Positions 46,611 through 61,200 of a stretch of DNA of 64,000 bases are shown piece by piece; the first letter of the stretch is position 1, and the number at the start of each line of letters is the position of its first letter. The stretch spans positions 434,001 through 498,000 of the forward strand of contig OZ024759.1 in the NCBI GenBank assembly GCA_964016885.1. The letters are read 5' to 3'. The notes beneath the pieces were generated by a model. That model was not told where the DNA came from. It searched no databases and saw only the letters and a program-made list of their open reading frames with translations. Source of the DNA: Eledone cirrhosa. Lineage: Eukaryota. The position numbers and the translations under genes are program-made.

Positions 46611-49600
46611 ACATGAAACAGTCTATATTAGTAACATGACAAAGTCTATATTAGTAACATGACACTGTCTATATTAGTAACTTGACAAAGTCTATATTAG
46701 TAACATGACACAGTCTATATTAGTAACATGACACAGTCTATATTAGTAACATGACAAAGTCTATATTAGTAGCATGACAAAGTCTATATTAGTAACATGA
46801 CAAAGTCTATATTAGTAACATGACACAGTCTATATTAGTAACATGACAAAGACTATATTAGTAACATGGCACAGTCTATATTAGTAACATGACAAAGTCT
46901 ATATTAGTAACATGACAGTCTATATTAGTAACATGACAGTCTATATTAGTAGCATGACAAAGTCTATATTAGTAACATGACAAAGTCATATTAGTAACAT
47001 GACACAGTCTATATTAATAACATGACAAAGTCTATATTAGTAACATGACACAGTCTATATTAGTAACATGACACAGTCTATATTAGTAACATGACAAAGT
47101 CTATATTAGTAACATGACAAAGTCTATATTAGTAACATGACACAGTCTATATTAGTAACATGACACAGTCTATATTAGTAACATGACACAGTCTATATTA
47201 GTAACATGACGAAGTCTATATTAGTAGCATGACAAAGTCTATATTAGTAACATGACAGTCTATATTAGTAACATGACAAAGTCTATATTAGTAGCATTTA
47301 CAAAGTCTATATTAGTAGCATGACACAGTCTATATTAGTAACATGACACAGTCTATATTAGTAACATGACACAGTCTATATTAGTAACATGACAAAGTCT
47401 ATATTAGTAACATGACAAAGTCTATATTAGTAACATGAAACAGTCTATATTAGTAACATGACAAAGTCTATATTAGTAGCATGACAAAGTCTATATTAGT
47501 AGCATGACACAGTCTATATTAGTAACATGACACAGTCTATATTAGTAACATGACACAGTCTATATTAGTAAAATGACAAAGTCTATATTAGTAACATGAC
47601 ACAGTCTATATTAGTAACATGACAGTCTATATTAGTAACATGACAAAGTCTATATTAGTAACATGACAAAGTCTATATTAGTAACATGACAAAGTCTATA
47701 TTAGTAACATGACACAGTCTATATTAGTAACTTGACACAGTCTATATTAGTAACATGACATAGTCTATATTAGTAACATGACAAAGTCTATATTAGTAGC
47801 ATGACACAGTCTATATTAGTAACATGACACAGTCTATATTAGTAACATGACAGTCTATATTAGTAACATGACAAAGTCTATATTAGTAACATGACAAAGT
47901 CTATATTAGTAACATGACACAGTCTATATTAGTAACATGACAAAGTCTATATTAGTAACATGACAAAGTCTATATTAGTAACATGACAGTCTATATTAGT
48001 AACATGACAAAGTCTCTATTAGTAACATGACAAAGTCTATATTAGTAACATGACAGTCTATATTACTAACATAACAAAGTCTATATTAGTAACATGACAG
48101 TCTATATTGTAACATGACACAGTCTATATTAGTAACATGACACAGTCTATATTAGTAACATGACATAGTCTATATTAGTAACATGATAAAAGTCTATATT
48201 AGTAACAAGACACAGTCTATATTAGTAATATGACACAGTCTATATTAGTAACATGACAGTCTATATTAGTAACATGACAAAGTCTATATTAGTAACATGA
48301 CAAAGTCTATATTAGTAACATGACAAAGTCTATATTAGTAACATGACAAAGTCTATATTAGTAGCATGACACAGTCTCTATTAGTAACATGACAAAGTCT
48401 ATATTAGTAACATGATACAGTCTATATTAGTAACATGACAAAGTCTATATTAGTAACATGACACAGTCTATATTAGTAACATGACATAGTCTATATTAGT
48501 AACATGACAAAGTCTATATTAGTAACATGACACAGTCTATATTAGTAACATGACACAGTCTATATTAGTAACATGACAGTCTATATTAGTAACATGACAA
48601 AGTCTATATTAGTAGCATGACAAAGTCTATATTAGTAACATGACACAGTCTATATTAGTAACATGACAGTCTATATTAGTAACATGACACAGTCTATATT
48701 AGTAACATGACAAAGTCTATATTAGTAGCATGACAAAGTCTATATTAGTAACATGACAGTCTATATTAGTAACATGACAAAGTCTATATTAGTAGCATGA
48801 CAAAGTCTATATTAGTAGCATGACACAGTCTATATTAGTAACATGACACAGTCTATATTAGGAACATGACACAGTCTATATTAGTAACATGACAAAGTCT
48901 ATATTAATAGCATGACAAAGTCTATATTAGTAACATGACAAAGTCTATATTAGTAACATGACACAGTCTATATTAGTAACATGACAAAGTCTATATTAGT
49001 AACATGACAAAGTCTATATTAGTAACATGAAACAGTCTATATTAGTAACATGACAAAGTCTATATTAGTAACATGACACTGTCTATATTAGTAACTTGAC
49101 AAAGTCTATATTAGTAACATGACAGTCTATATTAGTAACATGACACAGTCTATATTAGTAACATGACAAAGTCTATATTAGTAGCATGACAAAGTCTATA
49201 TTAGTAACATGACAAAGTCTATATTAGTAACATGACACAGTCTATATTAGTAACATTACAAAGACTATATTAGTAACATGACACAGTCTATATTAGTAAC
49301 ATGACAAAGTCTATATTAGTAACATGACAGTCTATATTAGTAACATGACAGTCTATATTAGTAGCATGACAAAGTCTATATTAGTAACATGACAAAGTCT
49401 ATATTAGTAACATGACAAAGTCTATATTAGTAACATGACACAGTCTATATTAGTAACATTACAAAGACTATATTAGTAACATGACACAGTCTATATTAGT
49501 AACATGACAAAGTCTATATTAGTAACATGACACAGTCTATATTAGTAACATGACAAAGTCTATATTAGTAACATGACAAAGTCTATATTAGTAACATGAA

Positions 49601-52600
49601 ACAGTCTATATTAGTAACATGACAAAGTCTATATTAGTAACATGACACTGTCTATATTAGTAACTTGACAAAGTCTATATTAGTAACATGACAGTCTATA
49701 TTAGTAACATGACACAGTCTATATTAGTAACATGACAAAGTCTATATTAGTAGCATGACAAAGTCTATATTAGTAACATGACAAAGTCTATATTAGTAAC
49801 ATGACACAGTCTATATTAGTAACATTACAAAGACTATATTAGTAACATGACACAGTCTATATTAGTAACATGACAAAGTCTATATTAGTAACATGACAGT
49901 CTATATTAGTAACATGACAGTCTATATTAGTAGCATGACAAAGTCTATATTAGTAACATGACAAAGTCATATTAGTAACATGACACAGTCTATATTAGTA
50001 ACATGACAAAGTCTATATTAGTAACATGACACAGTCTATATTAGTAACATGACAAAGTCTATATTAGTAACATGACACAGTCTATATTAGTAACATGACA
50101 TAGTCTATATTAGTAACATGACAAAGTCTATATTAGTAGCATGACACAGTCTATATTAGTAACGTTACACAGTCTATATTAGTAACATGACAGTCTATAT
50201 TAGTAACATGACAAAGTCTATATTAGTAACATGACAAAGTCTATATTAATAGCATGACAAAGTCTATATTAGTAACATGACAAAGTCTATATTAGTAACA
50301 TGACACAGTCTATATTAGTAACATGACAAAGTCTATATTAGTAACATGACAAAGTCTATATTAGTAACATGAAACAATCTATATTAGTAACATGACAAAG
50401 TCTATATTAGTAACATGACACTGTCTATATTAGTAACTTGACAAAGTCTATATTAGTAACATGACAGTCTATATTAGTAACATGACACAGTCTATATTAG
50501 TAACATGACAAAGTCTATATTAGTAGCATGACAAAGTCTATATTAGTAACATGACAAAGTCTATATTAGTAACATGACACAGTCTATATTAGTAACATTA
50601 CAAAGACTATATTAGTAACATGACACAGTCTATATTAGTAACATGACAAAGTCTATATTAGTAACATGACAGTCTATATTAGTAACATGACAGTCTATAT
50701 TAGTAGCATGACAAAGTCTATATTAGTAACATGACAAAGTCATATTAGTAACATGACACAGTCTATATTAGTAACATGACAAAGTCTATATTAGTAACAT
50801 GACACAGTCTATATTAGTAACATGACAAAGTCTATATTAGTAACATGACACAGTCTATATTAGTAACATGACATAGTCTATATTAGTAACATGACAAAGT
50901 CTATATTAGTAGCATGACACAGTCTATATTAGTAACGTGACACAGTCTATATTAGTAACATGACAGTCTATATTAGTAACATGACAAAGTCTATATTAGT
51001 AGCATGACAAAGTCTATATTAGTAACATGACAGTCTATATTAGTAACATGACGAAGTCTATATTAGTAGCATGACAAAGTCTATATTAGTAACATGACAG
51101 TCTATATTAGTAACATGACAAAGTCTATATTAGTAGCATGACAAAGTCTATATTAGTAACATGACAGTCTATATTAGTAACATGACGAAGTCTATATTAG
51201 TAGCATGACAAAGTCTATATTAGTAACATGACAGTCTATATTAGTAACATGACAAAGTCTATATTAGTAGCATGACAAAGTCTATATTAGTAGCATGACA
51301 CAGTCTATATTAGTAACATGACACAGTCTATATTAGTAACATGACACAGTCTATATTAGTAACATGACAAAGTCTATATTAGTAGCATGACAAAGTCTAT
51401 ATTAGTAACATGACAAAGTCTATATTAGTAACATGACACAGTCTATATTAGTAACATGACAAAGTCTATATTAGTAACATGACAAAGTCTATATTAGTAA
51501 CATGAAACAGTCTATATTAGTAACATGACAACGTCTATATTAGTAACATGACACTGTCTATATTAGTAGCATGACAAAGTCTATATTAGTAACATGACAA
51601 AGTCATATTAGTAACATGGCACAGTCTATATTAGTAACATGACAAAGTCTATATTAGTAACATGACACAGTCTATATTAGTAACATGACACAGTCTATAT
51701 TAGTAACATGACAAAGTCTATATTAGTAACATGACAAAGTCTATATTAGTAACATGACACAGTCTATATTAGTAACATGACACAGTCTATATTAGTAACA
51801 TGACATAGTCTATATTAGTAACATGACAAAGTCTATATTAGTAACATGACAGTCTATATTGTAACATGATACAGTCTATATTAGTAACATGACACAGTCT
51901 ATATTAGTAACATGACACAGTCTATATCCAGTAACATGACACAGTCTATATTAGTAACATGACAAAGTCTATATTAGTAGCATGACAAAGTCTATATTAG
52001 TAACATGACAAAGTCTATATTAGTAACATGACACAGTCTATATTAGTAACATGACAAAGTCTATATTAGTAACATGACAAAGTCTATATTAGTAACATGA
52101 AACAGTCTATATTAGTAACATGACAAAGTCTATATTAGTAACATGACACTGTCTATATTAGTAACTTGACAAAGTCTATATTAGTAACATGACACAGTCT
52201 ATATTAGTAACATGACACAGTCTATATTAGTAACATGACAAAGTCTATATTAGTAGCATGACAAAGTCTATATTAGTAACATGACAAAGTCTATATTAAT
52301 AACATGACACAGTCTATATTAGTAACATGACAAAGACTATATTAGTAACATGACACAGTCTATATTAGTAACATGACAAAGTCTATATTAGTAACATGAC
52401 AGTCTATATTAGTAACATGACAGTCTATATTAGTAGCATGACAAAGTCTATATTAGTAACATGACAAAGTCATATTAGTAACATGACACAGTCTATATTA
52501 GTAACATGACAAAGTCTATATTAGTAACATGACACAGTCTATATTAGTAACATGACAAAGTCTATATTAGTAACATGACACAGTCTATATTAGTAACATG

Positions 52601-53979
52601 ACATAGTCTATATTAGTAACATGACAAAGTCTATATTAGTAGCATGACACAGTCTATATTAGTAACATGACGAAGTCTATATCAGTAGCATGACAAAGTC
52701 TATATTAGTAACATGACAGTCTATATTAGTAACATGACAAACTCTATATTAGTAGCATGACAAAGTCTATATTAGTAGCATGACACAGTCTATATTAGTA
52801 ACATGACACAGTCTATATTAGTAACATGACACAGTCTATATTAGTAACATGACAAAGTCTATATTAGTAGCATGACAAAGTCTATATTAGTAACATGACA
52901 AAGTCTATATTAGTAACATGACACAGTCTATATTAGTAACATGACAAAGTCTATATTAGTAACATGACAAAGTCTATATTAGTAACATGAAACAGTCTAT
53001 ATTAGTAACATGACAAAGTCTATATTAGTAACATGACACTGTCTATATTAGTAACTTGACAAAGTCTATATTAGTAACATGACACAGTCTATATTAGTAA
53101 CATGACACAGTCTATATTAGTAACATGACAAAGTCTATATTAGTAGCATGACAAAGTCTATATTAGTAACATGACAAAGTCTATATTAGTAACATGACAC
53201 ATTCTATATTAGTAACATGACAAAGACTATATTAGTAACATGGCACAGTCTATATTAGTAACATGACAAAGTCTATATTAGTAACATGACAGTCTATATT
53301 AGTAACATGACAGTCTATATTAGTAGCATGACAAAGTCTATATTAGTAACATGACAAAGTCATATTAGTAACATGACACAGTCTATATTAGTAACATGAC
53401 AAAGTCTATATTAGTAACATGACACAGTCTATATTAGTAACATGACACAGTCTATATTAGTAACATGACAAAGTCTATATTAGTAACATGACAAAGTCTA
53501 TATTAGTAACATGACACAGTCTCTATTAGTAACATGACACAGTCTATATTAGTAACATGACATAGTCTATATTAGTAACATGACAAAGTCTATATTAGTA
53601 ACATGACAGTCTATATTGTAACATGACACAGTCTATATTAGTAACATGACACAGTCTATATTAGTAACATGACAGTCTATATTAGTAACATGACAAAGTC
53701 TATATTAGTAACATGACAAAGTCTATATTAGTAACATGACAAAGTCTATATTAGTAACATGACAAAGTCTATATTAGTAACTTGACACAGTCTATATTAG
53801 TAACATGACATAGTCTATATTAGTAACATGACAAAGTCTATATTAGTAGCATGACACAGTCTATATTAGTAACATGACACAGTCTATATTAGTAACATGA
53901 CAGTCTATATTAGTAACATGACAAAGTCTATATTAGTAGCATGACAAAGTCTATATTAGTAACATGACACAGTCTATAT

Positions 53980-56900
53980 TAGTAACATGACAATCTATAT
54001 TAGTAACATGACACAGTCTGTATTAGTAACATGACAAAGTCTATATTAGTAACATGACAGTCTATATTAGTAACATGACACAGTCTATATTAGTAACATG
54101 ACAAAGTCTATATTAGTAGCATGACAAAGTCTATATTAGTAACATGACAGTCTATATTAGTAACATGACAAAGTCTATATTAGTAGCATGACAAATTCTA
54201 TATTAGTAGCATGACACAGTCTATATTAGTAACATGACACAGTCTATATTAGTAACATGACGCAGTCTATATTAGTAACATGACAAAGTCTATATTAGTA
54301 GCATGACAAAGTCTATATTAGTAACATGACAAAGTCTATATTAGTAACATGACACAGTCTATATTAGTAACATGACAAAGTCTATATTAGTAACATGACA
54401 AAGTCTATATTAGTAACATGACACAGTCTATATTAGTAACATGACACAGTCTATATTAGTAACATGACAAAGTCTATATTAGTAGCATGACAAAGTCTAT
54501 ATTAGTAACATGACAAAGTCTATATTAGTAACATGACACAGTCTATATTAGTAACATGACAAATACTATATTAGTAACATGACACAGTCTATATTAGTAA
54601 CATGACAAAGTCTATATTAGTAACATGACAGTCTATATTAGTAACATGACAGTCTATATTAGTAGCACGACAAAGTCTATATTTGTAACATGACAAAGTC
54701 ATATTAGTAACATGACACAGTCTATATTAGTAACATGACAAAGTCTATATTAGTAACATGACACAGTCTATATTAGTAACATGACAAAGTCTATATTAGT
54801 AACATGACACAGTCTATATTAGTAACATGACATAGTCTATATTAGTAACATGACAAAGTCTATATTAGTAGCATGACAAAGTCTATATTAGTAACATGAG
54901 AAAGTCTATATTAGTAACATGAGAAAGTCTATATTAGTAACATGACACAGTCTATATTAGTAACATGACAAAGTCTATATTAGTAACATGACACAGTCTA
55001 TATTAGTAACATGACAAAGTCTATATTAGTAACATGACACAGTCTATATTAGTAACATGACATAGTCTATATTAGTAACATGACAAAGTCTATATTAGTA
55101 GCATGACAAAGTCTATATTAGTAACATGACAAAGTCTATATTAGTAACATGAGAAAGTCTATATTAGTAACATGACACAGTCTATATTAGTAACATGACA
55201 GTCTATATTAGTAGCATGACAAAGTCTATATTAGTAACATGACACAGTCTATATTAGTAACATGACACAGTCTATATTAGTAACATGACAAAGTCTATAT
55301 TAGTAGCATGACAAAGTCTATATTAGTAACATGACAAAGTCTATATTAGTAGCATGACACAGTCTATATTAGTAACATGACACAGTCTATATTAGTAACA
55401 TGACAGTCTATATTAGTAACATGACAAAGTCTATATTAGTAGCATGACAAAGTCTATATTAGTAACATGACACAGTCTATATTAGTAACATTACAGTCTA
55501 TATTAGTAACATGACACAGTCTATATTAGTAACATGACGAAGTCTATATTAGTAGCATGACAAAGTCTATATTAGTAACATGACAGTCTATATTAGTAAC
55601 ATGACAAAGTCTATATTAGTAGCATTTACAAAGTCTATATTAGTAGCATGACACAGTCTATATTAGTAACATGACACAGTCTATATTAGTAACATGACAC
55701 AGTCTATATTAGTAACATGACAAAGTCTATATTAGTAACATGACAAAGTCTATATTAGTAACATGAAACAGTCTATATTAGTAACATGACAAAGTCTATA
55801 TTAGTAGCATGACACAGTCTATATTAGTAGCATGACACAGTCTATATTAGTAACATGACACAGTCTATATTAGTAACATGACACAGTCTATATTAGTAAA
55901 ATGACAAAGTCTATATTAGTAGCATGACAAAGTCTATATTAGTAACATGACAAAGTCTATATTAGTAACATGACACAGTCTATATTAGTAACATGACAAA
56001 GTCTATATTAGTAACATGACAAAGTCTATATTAGTAACATGAAACAGTCTATATTAGTAACATGACAAAGTCTATATTAGTAACATGACACTGTCTATAT
56101 TAGTAACTTGACAAAGTCTATATTAGTAACATGACAATCTATATTAGTAACATGACACAGTCTGTATTAGTAACATGACAAAGTCTATATTAGTAACATG
56201 ACAGTCTATATTAGTAACATGACACAGTCTATATTAGTAACATGACAAAGTCTATATTAGTAGCATGACAAAGTCTATATTAGTAACATGACAGTCTATA
56301 TTAGTAACATGACAAAGTCTATATTAGTAGCATGACAAATTCTATATTAGTAGCATGACACAGTCTATATTAGTAACATGACACAGTCTATATTAGTAAC
56401 ATGACGCAGTCTATATTAGTAACATGACAAAGTCTATATTAGTAGCATGACAAAGTCTATATTAGTAACATGACAAAGTCTATATTAGTAACATGACACA
56501 GTCTATATTAGTAACATGACAAAGTCTATATTAGTAACATGACAAAGTCTATATTAGTAACATGACACAGTCTATATTAGTAACATGACACAGTCTATAT
56601 TAGTAACATGACAAAGTCTATATTAGTAGCATGACAAAGTCTATATTAGTAACATGACAAAGTCTATATTAGTAACATGACACAGTCTATATTAGTAACA
56701 TGACAAATACTATATTAGTAACATGACACAGTCTATATTAGTAACATGACAAAGTCTATATTAGTAACATGACAGTCTATATTAGTAACATGACAGTCTA
56801 TATTAGTAGCACGACAAAGTCTATATTTGTAACATGACAAAGTCATATTAGTAACATGACACAGTCTATATTAGTAACATGACAAAGTCTATATTAGTAA

Positions 56901-58270
56901 CATGACACAGTCTATATTAGTAACATGACAAAGTCTATATTAGTAACATGACACAGTCTATATTAGTAACATGACATAGTCTATATTAGTAACATGACAA
57001 AGTCTATATTAGTAGCATGACAAAGTCTATATTAGTAACATGAGAAAGTCTATATTAGTAACATGAGAAAGTCTATATTAGTAACATGACACAGTCTATA
57101 TTAGTAACATGACAAAGTCTATATTAGTAACATGACACAGTCTATATTAGTAACATGACAAAGTCTATATTAGTAACATGACACAGTCTATATTAGTAAC
57201 ATGACATAGTCTATATTAGTAACATGACAAAGTCTATATTAGTAGCATGACAAAGTCTATATTAGTAACATGACAAAGTCTATATTAGTAACATGAGAAA
57301 GTCTATATTAGTAACATGACACAGTCTATATTAGTAACATGACAGTCTATATTAGTAGCATGACAAAGTCTATATTAGTAACATGACACAGTCTATATTA
57401 GTAACATGACACAGTCTATATTAGTAACATGACAAAGTCTATATTAGTAGCATGACAAAGTCTATATTAGTAACATGACAAAGTCTATATTAGTAGCATG
57501 ACACAGTCTATATTAGTAACATGACACAGTCTATATTAGTAACATGACAGTCTATATTAGTAACATGACAAAGTCTATATTAGTAGCATGACAAAGTCTA
57601 TATTAGTAACATGACACAGTCTATATTAGTAACATTACAGTCTATATTAGTAACATGACACAGTCTATATTAGTAACATGACGAAGTCTATATTAGTAGC
57701 ATGACAAAGTCTATATTAGTAACATGACAGTCTATATTAGTAACATGACAAAGTCTATATTAGTAGCATTTACAAAGTCTATATTAGTAGCATGACACAG
57801 TCTATATTAGTAACATGACACAGTCTATATTAGTAACATGACACAGTCTATATTAGTAACATGACAAAGTCTATATTAGTAACATGACAAAGTCTATATT
57901 AGTAACATGAAACAGTCTATATTAGTAACATGACAAAGTCTATATTAGTAGCATGACACAGTCTATATTAGTAGCATGACACAGTCTATATTAGTAACAT
58001 GACACAGTCTATATTAGTAACATGACACAGTCTATATTAGTAAAATGACAAAGTCTATATTAGTAGCATGACAAAGTCTATATTAGTAACATGACAAAGT
58101 CTATATTAGTAACATGACACAGTCTATATTAGTAACATGACAAAGTCTATATTAGTAACATGACAAAGTCTATATTAGTAACATGAAACAGTCTATATTA
58201 GTAACATGACAAAGTCTATATTAGTAACATGACACTGTCTATATTAGTAACTTGACAAAGTCTATATTAG
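53980..58270. repeat. Higher-order tandem duplication, period 2144 bp
   Basis: GTCTGTAT at 54020/56164; GACGCAG at 54262/56406; GCATTTAC at 55623/57767. AAATACTAT and GCACGAC...ATTTGT are also each seen twice at the same offset. Confidence 0.9.
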
Positions 58271-61200
58271 TAACATGACACAGTCTATATTAGTAACATG
58301 ACACAGTCTATATTAGTAACATGACAAAGTCTATATTAGTAGCATGACAAAGTCTATATTAGTAACATGACAAAGTCTATATTAGTAACATGACACAGTC
58401 TATATTAGTAACATGACAAAGACTATATTAGTAACATGACACAGTCTATATTAGTAACATGACAAAGTCTATATTAGTAACATGACAGTCTATATTAGTA
58501 ACATGACAGTCTATATTAGTAGCATGACAAAGTGTATATTAGTAACATGACAAAGTCATATTAGTAACATGACACAGTCTATATTAGTAACATGACAAAG
58601 TCTATATTAGTAACATGACACAGTCTATATTAGTAACATGACACAGTCTATATTAGTAACATGACAAAGTCTATATTAGTAACATGACAAAGTCTATATT
58701 AGTAACATGACACAGTCTATATTAGTAACATGACACAGTCTATATTAGTAACATGACATAGTCTATATTAGTAACATGACAAAGTCTATATTAGTAACAT
58801 GACAGTCTATATTGTAACATGATACAGTCTATATTAGTAACATGACACAGTCTATATTAGTAACATGACAGTCTATATTAGTAACATGACAAAGTCTATA
58901 TTAGTAACATGACAAAGTCTATATTAGTAACATGACAAAGTCTATATTAGTAACATGACAAAGTCTATATTAGTAACTTGACACAGTCTATATTAGTAAC
59001 ATGACATAGTCTATATTAGTAACATGACAAAGTCTATATTAGTAGCATGACACAGTCTATATTAGTAACATGACACAGTCTATATTAGTAACATGACAGT
59101 CTATATTAGTAACATGACAAAGTCTATATTAGTAGCATGACAAAGTCTATATTAGTAACATGACACAGTCTATATTAGTAACATGACAATCTATATTAGT
59201 AACATGACACAGTCTATATTAGTAACATGACAAAGTCTATATTAGTAACATGACAGTCTATATTAGTAACATGACACAGTCTATATTAGTAACATGACAA
59301 AGTCTATATTAGTAGCATGACAAAGTCTATATTAGTAACATGACAGTCTATATTAGTAACATGACAAAGTCTATATTAGTAGCATGACAAAGTCTATATT
59401 AGTAGCATGACACAGTCTATATTAGTAACATGACACAGTCTATATCCAGTAACATGACACAGTCTATATTAGTAACATGACAAAGTCTATATTAGTAGCA
59501 TGACAAAGTCTATATTAGTAACATGACAAAGTCTATATTAGTAACATGACACAGTCTATATTAGTAGCATGACAAAGTCTATATTAGTAACATGACAAAG
59601 TCTATATTAGTAGCATGACACAGTCTATATTAGTAACATGACACAGTCTATATTAGTAACATGACAGTCTATATTAGTAACATGACAAAGTCTATATTAG
59701 TAGCATGACAAAGTCTATATTAGTAACATGACACAGTCTATATTAGTAACATTACAGTCTATATTAGTAACATGACACAGTCTATATTAGTAACATGACG
59801 AAGTCTATATTAGTAGCATGACAAAGTCTATATTAGTAACATGACAGTCTATATTAGTAACATGACAAAGTCTATATTAGTAGCATTTACAAAGTCTATA
59901 TTAGTAGCATGACACAGTCTATATTAGTAACATGACACAGTCTATATTAGTAACATGACACAGTCTATATTAGTAACATGACAAAGTCTATATTAGTAAC
60001 ATGACAAAGTCTATATTAGTAACATGAAACAGTCTATATTAGTAACATGACAATGTCTATATTAGTAGCATGACAAAGTCTATATTAGTAGCATGACACA
60101 GTCTATATTAGTAACATGACACAGTCTATATTAGTAACATGACACAGTCTATATTAGTAAAATGACAAAGTCTATATTAGTAGCATGACAAAGTCTATAT
60201 TAGTAACATGACAAAGTCTATATTAGTAACATGACACAGTCTATATTAGTAACATGACAAAGTCTATATTAGTAACATGACAAAGTCTATATTAGTAACA
60301 TGAAACAGTCTATATTAGTAACATGACAAAGTCTATATTAGTAACATGACACTGTCTATATTAGTAACTTGACAAAGTCTATATTAGTAACATGACACAG
60401 TCTATATTAGTAACATGACACAGTCTATATTAGTAACATGACAAAGTCTATATTAGTAGCATGACAAAGTCTATATTAGTAACATGACAAAGTCTATATT
60501 AGTAACATGACACAGTCTATATTAGTAACATGACAAAGACTATATTAGTAACATGACACAGTCTATATTAGTAACATGACAAAGTCTATATTAGTAACAT
60601 GACAGTCTATATTAGTAACGTGACAGTCTATATTAGTAGCATGACAAAGTGTATATTAGTAACATGACAAAGTCATATTAGTAACATGACACAGTCTATA
60701 TTAGTAACATGACAAAGTCTATATTAGTAACATGACACAGTCTATATTAGTAACATGACACAGTCTATATTAGTAACATGACAAAGTCTATATTAGTAAC
60801 ATGACAAAGTCTATATTAGTAACATGACACAGTCTATATTAGTAACATGACACAGTCTATATTAGTAACATGACATAGTCTATATTAGTAACATGACAAA
60901 GTCTATATTAGTAACATGACAGTCTATATTGTAACATGATACAGTCTATATTAGTAACATGACACAGTCTATATTAGTAACATGACAGTCTATATTAGTA
61001 ACATGACAAAGTCTATATTAGTAACATGACAAAGTCTATATTAGTAACATGACAAAGTCTATATTAGTAACATGACAAAGTCTATATTAGTAACTTGACA
61101 CAGTCTATATTAGTAACATGACATAGTCTATATTAGTAACATGACAAAGTCTATATTAGTAGCATGACACAGTCTATATTAGTAACATGACACAGTCTAT

